Below, in pieces: positions 8,934 through 19,099 of a stretch of DNA of 64,000 bases. Location: assembly GCA_963755915.1 (NCBI GenBank), contig CAVWLP010000002.1, positions 2,624,001-2,688,000 of the forward strand. The letters run 5' to 3'. Made by a program: the position numbers and the translations under genes. The notes under the pieces are model-generated. The model made no database searches. It saw only the letters and a program-made list of their open reading frames with translations, and was not told where the DNA came from. Position 1 is the stretch's first letter; each line of letters opens with the position of its first letter. This stretch comes from an uncultured Phycisphaerales bacterium (GTDB taxonomy: Bacteria > Planctomycetota > Phycisphaerae > Tepidisphaerales > Tepidisphaeraceae).

Positions 8934-11258
8934 ATGCAACGCAATCACAGGCTGTATGCCAATTTCGGGTCCCGGAAAAACACCTCTCTCGGCGCAGCGA
9001 CGAAGAGCAATCGCCGGATGCTAATTTCCCACGCTTCCACCAGCGCCGTCGCAGGCCTGCTTCTGGCGGCGTCGAATGTCCGGGCGCAGTATACTTTTAC
9101 CAACGTCGCCGATACCACAACGGCCGCGCCCAGCGGCGCTTTCACTTACTTCGACCCTCCCTCGATCAGCGGGGGTAACGCCGCCTTTCAGGGGTATTAC
9201 AATGGAAGCTCCGGCATATTCACTGGAAGCGGCGGCGCGCTCACGACCATTGCCACACAGGGCCAAGCCGCACCAGCGCCAATGGGGCCCTTTACCGGCA
9301 TTACCGATCCGTCGATTAGCGACGGCACCGTGGCATTTGCGGCAGGTGACGCGAATTCCAATACCGGCATCTTCACCGGCAACGGTGGCGCGCTGGCCAC
9401 CGTCGAGGAGAACGGCGCCCCATCACCCGATGGAGGAACGTTCGATAACTCCTTTGCCTTCCAACCGGCGATCAGCGGAGCTAACGTCGCATTTAGCGCG
9501 TTTACCACTGTGGGGTTGGGCGTTTTCGCGCACATCGGCGGTACATTTGCTACCATCTGCGAGGCGTATTCCACACCCGCGCCGTTCGGATCGTTTGACG
9601 GTTTTGGGGGGACTCCTTCCATCAGTGGCGGCGTCGTCGCGTTCTCGGCTGATTATCAGACCCTGGATGCCCAGCAGTCCGGCAGCGGCGTTTTCACGGG
9701 TAGCGGCGGCGCATTGACCACAATTGCCAAATCCGGTGATCCAGCCCCAACCGGCACATTCAGCATTGTTGGATCGCCGGTGATAAGCGGCAATACGGTA
9801 GCGTTTTATGGCTCCTTCAACGGCGGAACGCAAGACGGCATCTTCACGAGTAGCGGAGGCGCGCTAACCACCATCGTGCAAAGCGGCCAGGCCGCCCCGA
9901 CTGGGACTTTCGACCTATATGGCGTTTCCGGCCTGTCCTTCGATGGCAATACCGTCGCCTTTGAAGACTCCTACGGAGATGACGCCGGCCAGGGCATCTT
10001 CACAGGCACCGGCGGCGCACTCACCCCAGTCATCAAAACCGGCGATTCCCTCTTCGGCAGCACGGTCGATTATCTGGGCTTCGGTCAATCCGCTCTCGAT
10101 GACGATGACAGCGGCGATATCGCCTTCGCCTACGGACTCGCCGACGGCGTTTATGGAGTGGCAATTGCCGCCGGCGGCGGCCAGGGTCAGGGTCAGAGTC
10201 TGACTTGGAACGACGCTGGTTACGCCGCGCAGAGCGATGGCCGCACCTGGGACATTGGATTCAATTACAACTGGAACAACGAAACTGCCAACACTGTCTA
10301 CTCGGAAGGCAGCAATGTCGTATTCAATGATGACAACAATTCCAACTTGATGAACGGCGGCTACAATCTCGTCGCCTACGACGTGACGTTGAATACGACC
10401 GTCCACCCCGGCTCGGTAACGGTCGACACCGCAGGCAGTTACTCGATCACCGGCAGCGGCACAATCGTCGACACCGGCTCCTTCCTCAAATTCGGCACCG
10501 GCACGATGACCCTGGGTACGGGCCTAACGGCCAGCAGCATGATTATCAAAGCTGGAACGCTGGCCATCGCGACCAACTCCACAATTGGCACCGGCTCGCC
10601 CATCGTCGTCGCCAGCAACATCAACATCACTTCGCTGACAATCACCGGCACCGGCGTGCTCGACATCACCAACAACCATATCATCATCGATTACACATCA
10701 AGTGACCCGAACTCGACCATCTACGGGTATCTGCAAAGTGGCTACAACAACGGTCTCTGGAACGGCCCCGGCATCATCTCCTCGACCGCCCAGACGCTCA
10801 CGAACGGTCTGCGCTATGGCATCGGCTTCGCCGACGGCGCCGATCACGTCGTCACCGGGCTGCTTTCAGGTGAGATGGAATTGAAATACACGCTGCTCGG
10901 GGACGCCAACCTCGACGGGACCGTTAACGGAAGTGATTTCTCCATCCTCGCGGCGAATTTCGGCCTGGGCGTTACCAACTGGGACCAAGGCAACTTCCTG
11001 TACGGCAGTTCAGTGAACGGTTCCGATTTCAGCGCGCTTGCGGCCAACTTCGGGCAGGGGGACAGCGGGGCGGCTGTCGCGGTTTCGCCGGCCGACATGG
11101 CGGCGCTCGATTCCTTTGCCGCGGCGAACGGGCTGGCCGTGCCATCATTCGCGTCGATTCCCGAACCGACGTCACTCTCAGTGCTTATCGCCTCGGAGGT
11201 GACCTTGACGTTCAGGCAATCTAGAAAAGTCCGCAAACACCAACGGAGACAGCAATGA
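8934..11258 (+). CDS. PEP-CTERM protein with tandem PSISG..VAF/GIFTG.GGALT repeats (beta-propeller/choice-of-anchor-like) and dockerin-like module
   Basis: About 6 repeats; GDANLDGTVNGSDFSILAANFG; IPEP tail. Confidence 0.87.
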   Translation: MQRNHRLYANFGSRKNTSLGAATKSNRRMLISHASTSAVAGLLLAASNVRAQYTFTNVADTTTAAPSGAFTYFDPPSISGGNAAFQGYYNGSSGIFTGSGGALTTIATQGQAAPAPMGPFTGITDPSISDGTVAFAAGDANSNTGIFTGNGGALATVEENGAPSPDGGTFDNSFAFQPAISGANVAFSAFTTVGLGVFAHIGGTFATICEAYSTPAPFGSFDGFGGTPSISGGVVAFSADYQTLDAQQSGSGVFTGSGGALTTIAKSGDPAPTGTFSIVGSPVISGNTVAFYGSFNGGTQDGIFTSSGGALTTIVQSGQAAPTGTFDLYGVSGLSFDGNTVAFEDSYGDDAGQGIFTGTGGALTPVIKTGDSLFGSTVDYLGFGQSALDDDDSGDIAFAYGLADGVYGVAIAAGGGQGQGQSLTWNDAGYAAQSDGRTWDIGFNYNWNNETANTVYSEGSNVVFNDDNNSNLMNGGYNLVAYDVTLNTTVHPGSVTVDTAGSYSITGSGTIVDTGSFLKFGTGTMTLGTGLTASSMIIKAGTLAIATNSTIGTGSPIVVASNINITSLTITGTGVLDITNNHIIIDYTSSDPNSTIYGYLQSGYNNGLWNGPGIISSTAQTLTNGLRYGIGFADGADHVVTGLLSGEMELKYTLLGDANLDGTVNGSDFSILAANFGLGVTNWDQGNFLYGSSVNGSDFSALAANFGQGDSGAAVAVSPADMAALDSFAAANGLAVPSFASIPEPTSLSVLIASEVTLTFRQSRKVRKHQRRQQ

Positions 11259-14200
11259 AAACAAATCCCAATCACGTCTCGATCTCACGCCCCGATCGGA
11301 ATCGACGCCGCCTCTCCTTTCTGACCATGGCCGCCGCACCCGTCCTGGCCCTTCTCGCTCGGCCGCCATTAGAAGCGTTTGGGCAGACCACCTATACTTG
11401 GATGGGCGGCAACGGCAACTGGAGCACGTCGACCAATTGGAACCCAAACGGCGTGCCAGGAACCGTAAACGGCGACACCGCGCTTATCGACACCAACGGC
11501 GCCAGCCCGGTCTCCGTTACCTACGACTACAGCGGGCCTGCGTCTACTTTGAGCGACGTCACCGTGGACTACACCGGGTCCGCCACCGGCGGGGGAAACA
11601 CACTTTCCATTTCGAGCAATCTCTCCCTCAACGTGGAGATTGAGTATTTCGGCGAAGTCGGTGCTGGAACGGCCGACCAGGGCAACGGTTCCAACACAGT
11701 ACAAAATAGTGTGGCTTTGGGCGTCTTCACGGGCTCTTCCGGAACATACGTTCTAAGCGGTGGCTACTTGACGGACGTGGCGGGCGTTGAAGCGATTGGC
11801 GAGGAGGGAAACGGAACCTTCAATCAGACCGGCGGAACAAACACGGAGGATTTGTACAATATCTATCTCGGATATGAGCAAGGTGCAAACGGCGCCTACA
11901 CGCTCTCCAACGGCAACCTCATAGACAACGGAGGGGATTACCCTCTGGCAATCGGCTTTCAAGGAAACGGGACTTTCATTCAATCCGGCGGCACGAATGC
12001 GCTCAATTGTTATGTTACACTTGGCTGGTTCGCAGGCTCAAACGGCACGTACACCCTTTCCAACGGCAACCTCACAGACAATTCAACAGACCCTCTGGAA
12101 GTCGGCTTTGGAGGAAACGGAACTTTCATTCAATCCGGCGGCACGAGCGCACTCGCCTGCCAGCTTGTGGTCGGTTGGGAGCAAGGTTCAAACGGCACCT
12201 TTAGCCTTTCCGATGGCACTTTCACGTCCACTTCAGAATATGGGTCGATCATCGGCTATATCGGAAATGGGACCTTCACCCAATCCGGCGGCACTTTCAG
12301 CGTGGCTTCCGATCTTGACCTGGGTTCCTACTCCCCCGCAATCGGCTACTACAGCATTAGCGCGGGCTCTGCCACGGTGGGAAATAACCTCAACATTGGC
12401 GGAGCGGGAGCCAGCGGCGCTGGTTTAGGCGTCGTAACCATCAGTGGCTCGGGCACGCTTACCGTAGACTCCTCTGTTATCGTCTATAACAACCCCGGCA
12501 ATGCCCTCAACCTCGAGGGCGGAGAGCTTTCCACGCCCTCACTGAATCTCAATGGAAACCCCTCCCTGCTGAACTGGACTGGCGGGACTTTGAACCTGAC
12601 CACCAGCGTCACGTTCGACCCTTCCGCTGCCGGCACCACCACCTCTGCGGCTTTCGGTTCGTCGCTCACCCTGAGCAGCCAGATGGCCCTGGAAGTCCAG
12701 GGAAATGAAACCATCGGTGGGGGAAGCCCATTTACCCTCAACGTCGGAGGCGGTTCCAGCAATATCGTGACCGGCACCCTCAACCTCACCACGAGCGGCG
12801 TTATCACCGCCGCCTCTGGCGCCGTCGTCCAGGTGGGCGGCGACCTGGTTAACGCCAGTACTCAGAGCACGAGCGTCAATCTCACCCAGGGAAAAGTCCA
12901 ACTCCTCGGCGGCGTCCCCCACAACGTCTTCTGGCCGGGCGTCGACATGGGCGCGACATCCTCGGGCTACACCAACAACTTCGCCATCGGAACCCTGGAG
13001 CTGGGCAGCGGCGACTCGATGATTCTCTACGGCATCAATGGCTCCGGCGCGATCTACGTCAGCACCTTTTTGCTCGATGGTTACAGCGGCGGATCGCCCG
13101 CAACCCTCATACAAGACTCCATCCTGCAATCCAATCCCAACGAGATCGTTGACATGTATTACGATCCGGATCAGACCGGCAACGCTTACCTCGACGATCT
13201 GACCTACGCCCTGGGCAACGGCGGCTACCTGACGCCAGTGGCCGGCGCCCAGATATCCCAATCGATCTACTGGGACAACGCCTACGCACCCTTGCCTACC
13301 ACCGACGGCGTCACCTGGGACTCCACCCACAACAACTGGAACAACGGCTCCGAGCCCACCACCTACGCCGACGGCGATGCCGTGACCTTCAACGATACCA
13401 ACAATGGCAACTACCAGGTGACGCTGAATACCACCGTCAGCCCCGCGTCGGTCCTGGTGAGCAACAGCTCAAACAACTACACGATTACCGGTTCCGGCAA
13501 GATCATCGACACCGGCACGTTCATCAAGAAAGGGGGCGGGCTCCTGACGCTCGGCACCGGACTCACCGCCTCCAGCCTCACCATCAGCGGCGGAGAGATC
13601 GCCCTGGCGACCAACACCACGCTGGGAAGCGGCAGCCCGCTCATAGCCACCAGCAACATCAACATCTCCTCCCTCACGATCGCCCTCGGCAGCGTTCTGG
13701 ACATCGCCAACAACCACATCCTCATCGATTACACCAGCAGCGATCCCATCGCCACGATCCAGCAATATCTCCTCAACGGATTCAACGGCGGGCACTGGAA
13801 CGGCACCGGCGGCAACGGCGTGGGGGCGATCATCTCCTCCGCCGCTGCTCTCAATTCCCACTACGGCATCGGCTGGGCGGATGGGGGCGATGGAACGCAC
13901 AGCGTCTCCGGGCTGCTCGGCGGGGAAATCGAACTCAAATACACCTTGCTCGGCGATGCGAACCTCGACGGAACCGTCAACGGCTCCGACTTCAGCATCC
14001 TTGCCGCTAATTTCGGTCTCGGGCATACCAACTGGGACCAGGGGAATTTCCTTTACGGTTCTTCCGTCAACGGCTCGGACTTCTCTGCGCTCGCAGCTAA
14101 TTTCGGGCAGGGGGACAGCGGGGCGGCTGTGGGCGTTTCGCCGGCGGATATTGCGGCGCTGGATGCGTTCGCGGTTGCCAATGGATTGCCGCTTCCCACA

Positions 14201-14284
14201 TTCGCCACCATCCCCGAACCTGCGAGCTGCGCACTTCTATCGCTGAGTGCGATCTCACTGCTCGTTCGCCGCCGCCGGCCGTGA
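11255..14284 (+). CDS. Large PEP-CTERM adhesin-like protein with GNGTFxQSGGT beta-helix repeats and dockerin-like module
   Basis: Repeats G.GNGTF.Q.GGT; dockerin-like loop; IPEPASCALLSL..RRRR; ATGA overlap with upstream gene. Confidence 0.9.
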   Translation: MKTNPNHVSISRPDRNRRRLSFLTMAAAPVLALLARPPLEAFGQTTYTWMGGNGNWSTSTNWNPNGVPGTVNGDTALIDTNGASPVSVTYDYSGPASTLSDVTVDYTGSATGGGNTLSISSNLSLNVEIEYFGEVGAGTADQGNGSNTVQNSVALGVFTGSSGTYVLSGGYLTDVAGVEAIGEEGNGTFNQTGGTNTEDLYNIYLGYEQGANGAYTLSNGNLIDNGGDYPLAIGFQGNGTFIQSGGTNALNCYVTLGWFAGSNGTYTLSNGNLTDNSTDPLEVGFGGNGTFIQSGGTSALACQLVVGWEQGSNGTFSLSDGTFTSTSEYGSIIGYIGNGTFTQSGGTFSVASDLDLGSYSPAIGYYSISAGSATVGNNLNIGGAGASGAGLGVVTISGSGTLTVDSSVIVYNNPGNALNLEGGELSTPSLNLNGNPSLLNWTGGTLNLTTSVTFDPSAAGTTTSAAFGSSLTLSSQMALEVQGNETIGGGSPFTLNVGGGSSNIVTGTLNLTTSGVITAASGAVVQVGGDLVNASTQSTSVNLTQGKVQLLGGVPHNVFWPGVDMGATSSGYTNNFAIGTLELGSGDSMILYGINGSGAIYVSTFLLDGYSGGSPATLIQDSILQSNPNEIVDMYYDPDQTGNAYLDDLTYALGNGGYLTPVAGAQISQSIYWDNAYAPLPTTDGVTWDSTHNNWNNGSEPTTYADGDAVTFNDTNNGNYQVTLNTTVSPASVLVSNSSNNYTITGSGKIIDTGTFIKKGGGLLTLGTGLTASSLTISGGEIALATNTTLGSGSPLIATSNINISSLTIALGSVLDIANNHILIDYTSSDPIATIQQYLLNGFNGGHWNGTGGNGVGAIISSAAALNSHYGIGWADGGDGTHSVSGLLGGEIELKYTLLGDANLDGTVNGSDFSILAANFGLGHTNWDQGNFLYGSSVNGSDFSALAANFGQGDSGAAVGVSPADIAALDAFAVANGLPLPTFATIPEPASCALLSLSAISLLVRRRRP

Positions 14285-14587
14285 TTCTCCATCGCAACGG
14301 CGCCCGAGGAAAAAGTCCAGTCGATTGGATTGAGGAGATCATCGCCCACAAAAGCTGATTGCATATTTGGTTAGACAATTCCAAATACCCCCTTGAACCG
14401 AAATAATACTATTCCTATCGTAATAGTATGCATCGGAAAAGCAGTAATTTCCATACATTTCCCACCACGGTGTCATGGGGCGCGCAAAACCGGCCAATTG
14501 AGGGCGCGCCAAAACCGGCCATTTTGAGGCACAGGAGATTGGGTTATCGACCTTGGCTTTCGGCGGTTGCCGCAAGCCAATGGTGGG

Positions 14588-14832
14588 ATGGCCAATCAAC
14601 TCAAGATGGCGGAAGTACAAGCAATTTTGGCACTTGCGCAGCGGCTGGTCCAATCGGAACATCGCCCGCCAACTCGGCGTTCACCGGGAGACCGTTGGAC
14701 GCCACATCCGGTTGTCGGGCGGCGATCCTGCGGCGCCCGGATCGGATTCAAAACCGGCCAGCGCGCCCTCGGCTCGACGGTGCTCGCCGCAGGCGGCTCG
14801 GAGAGCAGAGCCGAAGGGAGTCCACCCCATGA
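14588..14832 (+). pseudogene. istA: IS21 transposase IstA remnant (N-terminal HTH joined to the 3' end; DDE core missing)
   Basis: MANQLKMAEVQAILAL..GWSNRNIARQLGVHRETVGRHI; stop overlaps istB ATG. Confidence 0.8.
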
Positions 14833-15719
14833 GACCTTCGTTGATGCAGACGCTCAAGCAACTTCGGCTTTCAGGTCTGGCGAGCAGCCTTGAAGTTCGC
14901 CTGAGCGAGGCGGCCGGCAATCGGCTCGACCACAGTGAGTTTTTGGAACTGATCCTTCAGGATGAACTGAACGTCCGATCCAGCCGGCAGATCGGCCGGC
15001 ACGTCAAGGCGGCGATGTTCCGCGACACCAAAAACCTCGACGAGTTCGACTTCTCCTTCAACACCTCCATCAAACGCAAACAGATTCACGATCTGGCCGC
15101 CGGCCAGTTCATTCGTGACAAACGTGACGTGCTCTTGCTGGGTCCGCCCGGCGTGGGCAAATCGTTTTTGGCCCAGGCCATCGGACACCAGGCGATCAAG
15201 AGCGGCTTGGTGGTCCTGTACCGATCCATCTTCGACCTGGCCCGCGACTTTTTAGGCGACGAGGATCTGGGAGCCCAGGACAAGACGCTGGCCCGGTATC
15301 TCAAGCCTGATCTGCTTATCATCGACGACATGGGAATGAAGCAGCTTCCGCGGCGCAGCGGCGAATGCCTGCTGGAGATCGTCATGCGCCGGCACGAGAA
15401 CCGCTCGACGATGATGACCAGCAACCGTCCACTGGAGGACTGGGCCAAGCTGATCGGCGACGTGCCGGCGGCCACGGCCATTCTGGATCGGTTCCTGCAG
15501 CACGCCACGATCATCAACATCACCGGCAAGAGCTACCGCCTTCGGCATGGGGGCCATTCGACTTCGCTCACGGCAGGCCAATCCGGGACACCGGAAAAGA
15601 CAAATCCAAAAGGACGGCGGAGTACCGCCGGCGATGAAGGGTGCTCCCCCCCGGAAGACACCGTGACAGAGCCGCCGTTGTCTTCTGATGTGGGGGTATC
15701 CGCCGGCCAGACGGCGTGA
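14829..15719 (+). CDS. istB: IS21 helper ATPase IstB
   Basis: LKQLRLSG, FDFSFN, Walker A GPPGVGKS, Walker B LLIIDD, TSNR, AILDRFLQH. Confidence 0.95.
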   Translation: MRPSLMQTLKQLRLSGLASSLEVRLSEAAGNRLDHSEFLELILQDELNVRSSRQIGRHVKAAMFRDTKNLDEFDFSFNTSIKRKQIHDLAAGQFIRDKRDVLLLGPPGVGKSFLAQAIGHQAIKSGLVVLYRSIFDLARDFLGDEDLGAQDKTLARYLKPDLLIIDDMGMKQLPRRSGECLLEIVMRRHENRSTMMTSNRPLEDWAKLIGDVPAATAILDRFLQHATIINITGKSYRLRHGGHSTSLTAGQSGTPEKTNPKGRRSTAGDEGCSPPEDTVTEPPLSSDVGVSAGQTA

Positions 15720-16023
15720 ACGGGGACCAATAACTCAAGGAACAGTTGCGTCGGATAGAACGGATGCGGTATAGAATACGTCAGCACATTGGCCGGTTTT
15801 GAAGCGCCCCGCCCTGGCTGGTTTTGGCGCGCCCCGTGACACCACGGGGCGCACACGCTGTTGAAAGGCGAACTGGATCATGTGTTGCTGATTCCGCCGG
15901 TCGGTGAGTAGGGGGCCATCCCATAAAGATAAAGGCTCGAGACGTAAACCAGGCATCGACGGGCCAAACTGGTTGTATATATCACAAAGACAATCGAAGT
16001 ATCTCTTAATTACGGAGGCGAAA

Positions 16024-18771
16024 ATGAGTTATCGCACGCGAAGAACGAAGTTTATCCTTAATTTCGCAGCAGTTGGCGCAGCGTTAGCGGGAATGGTGAC
16101 CCCCGCACAGCGCGTGCGTGCCGCCACCTTCACCTGGGACGCGGGGGGAGGCAGCCCAACTGATCCGGTTGACGGCTCGGGAACCTGGGACACCAGCACG
16201 TCAGAGTGGAGCAACGGCGCCGTCGATTCCCCCTGGAACAACGGCGACGACGATACCGCGGTTTTCGGGAACTCCAATGGAGCCGGCGGCACAGTCACGC
16301 TTGGCACAGCGATCACCGCCGGCTCCATTACCTTCAGCGCGCCCGGCTCCGCAAGTTATGTCGTCGGAAATACCTCCACCAACTCCCTTACCATCACAAC
16401 CGGCGACGTCTCCGTCGCGCCCAGTGTCTCCGCCGTCATCACCAGCCCCATCGACGGCACAAATGGCCTGACCGTTTCCGGCGGTGGAACCCTTCAGCTC
16501 GGCGGTACGGCCACGGCCGTCGCCTACACCGGCGATACAACCATCAATAATTCCACGCTCCAGTTCAATAACTTTTCGCCAAGCGCAGCCGTCACCGTTG
16601 GCAACGGTACGACCGACATCAACTTCGATGGCGTTAGCGCCAGCCTGGTTTCCGCAATCTCCAAGTCGGTGCAGTTGTACGTGGATTCGAACATCGTCGT
16701 TGGCGCCGGCACGACGGCGAGCATCAGTTTCTCGCCGAGGACCTACATCGGTGAAGGCAGCTCGGGCGGCGAAACCACGGTCAGTGGCGGCGCAACTTCG
16801 ACGCTGAACCTCACTGCCGACACCACCATTACCCGCGACCTATTTTACAGCTCGGCCGGCGGTTTCAATGGAACCATCAATATTCAGCTGGCGGCTGCTT
16901 CGGGCAGCCCGATCGTTTTCGAGGGCCTCAATGGCTCCTTCACCAGCACCTCCACGGGTTACTTCACCGGTCTGCCCGGAACCTTCAGCGTGAACGGGGA
17001 AATCGGCACCGCCAACCCCTCTGCCGGAGAAACCTATACCGTCGGCGCTCTCGGCGGTGCGAGCACGGGCCTCATTGACACGCCGACCGTCGGCGGAACC
17101 GCGACCTGGTCCGTCGGATCCCTCGGACTCAGCACCACCTACGCCGGCGCAATCAACGGCAACAATGCCCTAGCCCTTACCGGCGGCGCTCTGACTCTCA
17201 CCGGTTCCAGCACCTACACCGGAGGCACGCAGGTCAATGGCGGCGTCCTCTTCGCCAACGGCGCCAGTGCACCGACGGGGACGGGGTCGGTCACCGTTGG
17301 CTCCGGCGCGACCCTGGCCGGCTCAGGAACCATCTCCGGAGCCGTCACCAGCAGCGGCAACATCGCGCCCGGCGTAGCTTCCAACACCCCCGGCACGCTC
17401 ACTATCGACAACGCCGCAACCCTCAATCCCTCTTCGATTCTGAGCTTTATACTCAACACTCCCAACGTCGCCGGCGGTACGGGCGGCAACAGCCTGCTGA
17501 GCGTCGGCGCACTTACCCTTTCAACTGGAATCACCCTGGACGTAACGCCGCAAACCGGATTCGGTCCCGGTTCATATATCCTCATCGACTACTCCAGCCT
17601 GACGGACAATTCATCCTCATTCTCCGGCTGGGCCGTCAGTGGTTTGCCTTCCAATGACTCGGCACAATTTGCCTTGGTGCCGAACGGAGGCGGTGGGACG
17701 GTGGACCTGGTGGTTTCCAGCTCCGGCCCGCAGACTCTCTCTTGGACCGACGCCTCCGCCGACAATCTTTGGAACACGGCCAGCTCTAACTGGACCGACG
17801 GCTCGCCCACCACTTACTCCAACGGCAGCAACGCCATCTTCAACGACAGCAACGGCGGCAACTATTCCGTCACGCTCAATACGACCGTCAGCCCGGGATC
17901 CGTCACGGTGAACAACAGCAACGGCAATTACATCATCAGCGGGACCGGCGCCATCGCGGGAACCACCGCCCTCACCAAGTCCGGCAGCGGCGTTCTGGCG
18001 CTCGACACCGTCAACACGTACTCCGGCGGCACCAATGTCCAGGAGGGGACATTGGTCGCCGGTGTACAAGGCGCTTTGCCAAGCGGAGCCGTCAACATCA
18101 CGGGCGGCGCGCTGGAGCTGGGGGCTAATACCGGCAGCGCGACCGTTACCAGTCTTGCCCTTTCCGGCAACGGCACATTGGACCTGACCAACAACCAGCT
18201 CTTCGTCGACTACGGCAGCAGTTCCGACCCCGTCTCCGCCATCTACTCCTATCTGAAATCGGGCTACAACGGCGGCGACTGGAACGGCCCCGGAATCATC
18301 TCGTCCACCGCCCAGACGCTCACGAGCGGCCTGCGTTACGGCGTTGGGTGGGCGGACGGCAACGACGGAACTCGCAACGTTTCGGGGCTCAGCAGCGGTG
18401 AAATCGAGTTGAAATACACGCTGCTGGGCGATGCCAATCTCGATGGCACGGTCAATGGGAGTGATTTCTCCATCCTTGCCGCCAACTTCGGCCTGGGCGT
18501 GACCAACTGGGACTAGGGGAACTTTCTTTTCAGCAGTTCAGTCAACGGGTCTGACTTCAGCGCCCTCGCCGCCAATTTTGGGCAGGGGGATAGTGGGGCG
18601 GATGTGGCGGTTTCGCCGGCGGACATTGCCGCGCTCGATGCTTTCGCGGTTGCCAACGGATTGCCGCTGCCGAGTATCGCCGCGGTACCCGAGCCGGGGT
18701 CGGCCGGGCTGGCGATATTGGGAGGGGCGGGGCTGTTGCTGCGGAGGAGAAAAGTTACATCACGGATTTAG
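16024..18771 (+). pseudogene. PEP-CTERM protein with autotransporter-associated beta-strand repeats and dockerin-like module; in-frame TAG at 18514-18516
   Basis: TYTGGTQVNGG and NTYSGGTNVQEG repeats; after the TAG the same frame continues GNFLFSSSVNGSDF...VPEPGSAGLAILGGAGLLLRRRK to TAG 18771. Confidence 0.82.
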
Positions 18772-19099
18772 GCTCCGGTGACTGGTTTAAACGGCGAGGA
18801 CCGCGGGGCAGCCAAAGAAGTCGAAGCTCATTTATTCCCGGTTCTTCGCGCTTAGGCGCTCCCTGAGGATTGCAGGAGCGAATCCTCGCGGGGAGCGCGG
18901 CGGGGATGCCAAAATTCCTGATTGGGCCGTTCCAGCTTTCCCCCGCCTGGTTTGCCGTCAAATGTATTCCACCTTAGCGCACGATTCACAATTGTTGTCA
19001 ATCGGAGTGTTTTTTGCGTTTTTTTAAGATGGCGTCATATTGCTGTGGCTATCGGGCACTGGGCTCTTAAAAATCGGGACCTGAGTTTGGGAGGTGCGC

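Larger units (their letters stand above)
14471..15841 (+). mobile_element. IS21-family element, non-autonomous (istA internally deleted)
   Basis: Ends TGTCATGGGGCGCGC.../...GCGCGCCCCGTGACA with repeated AAAACC(G/A)GCCA boxes; 6-bp direct repeat CCACGG at 14465-14470 and 15842-15847. Confidence 0.92.
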
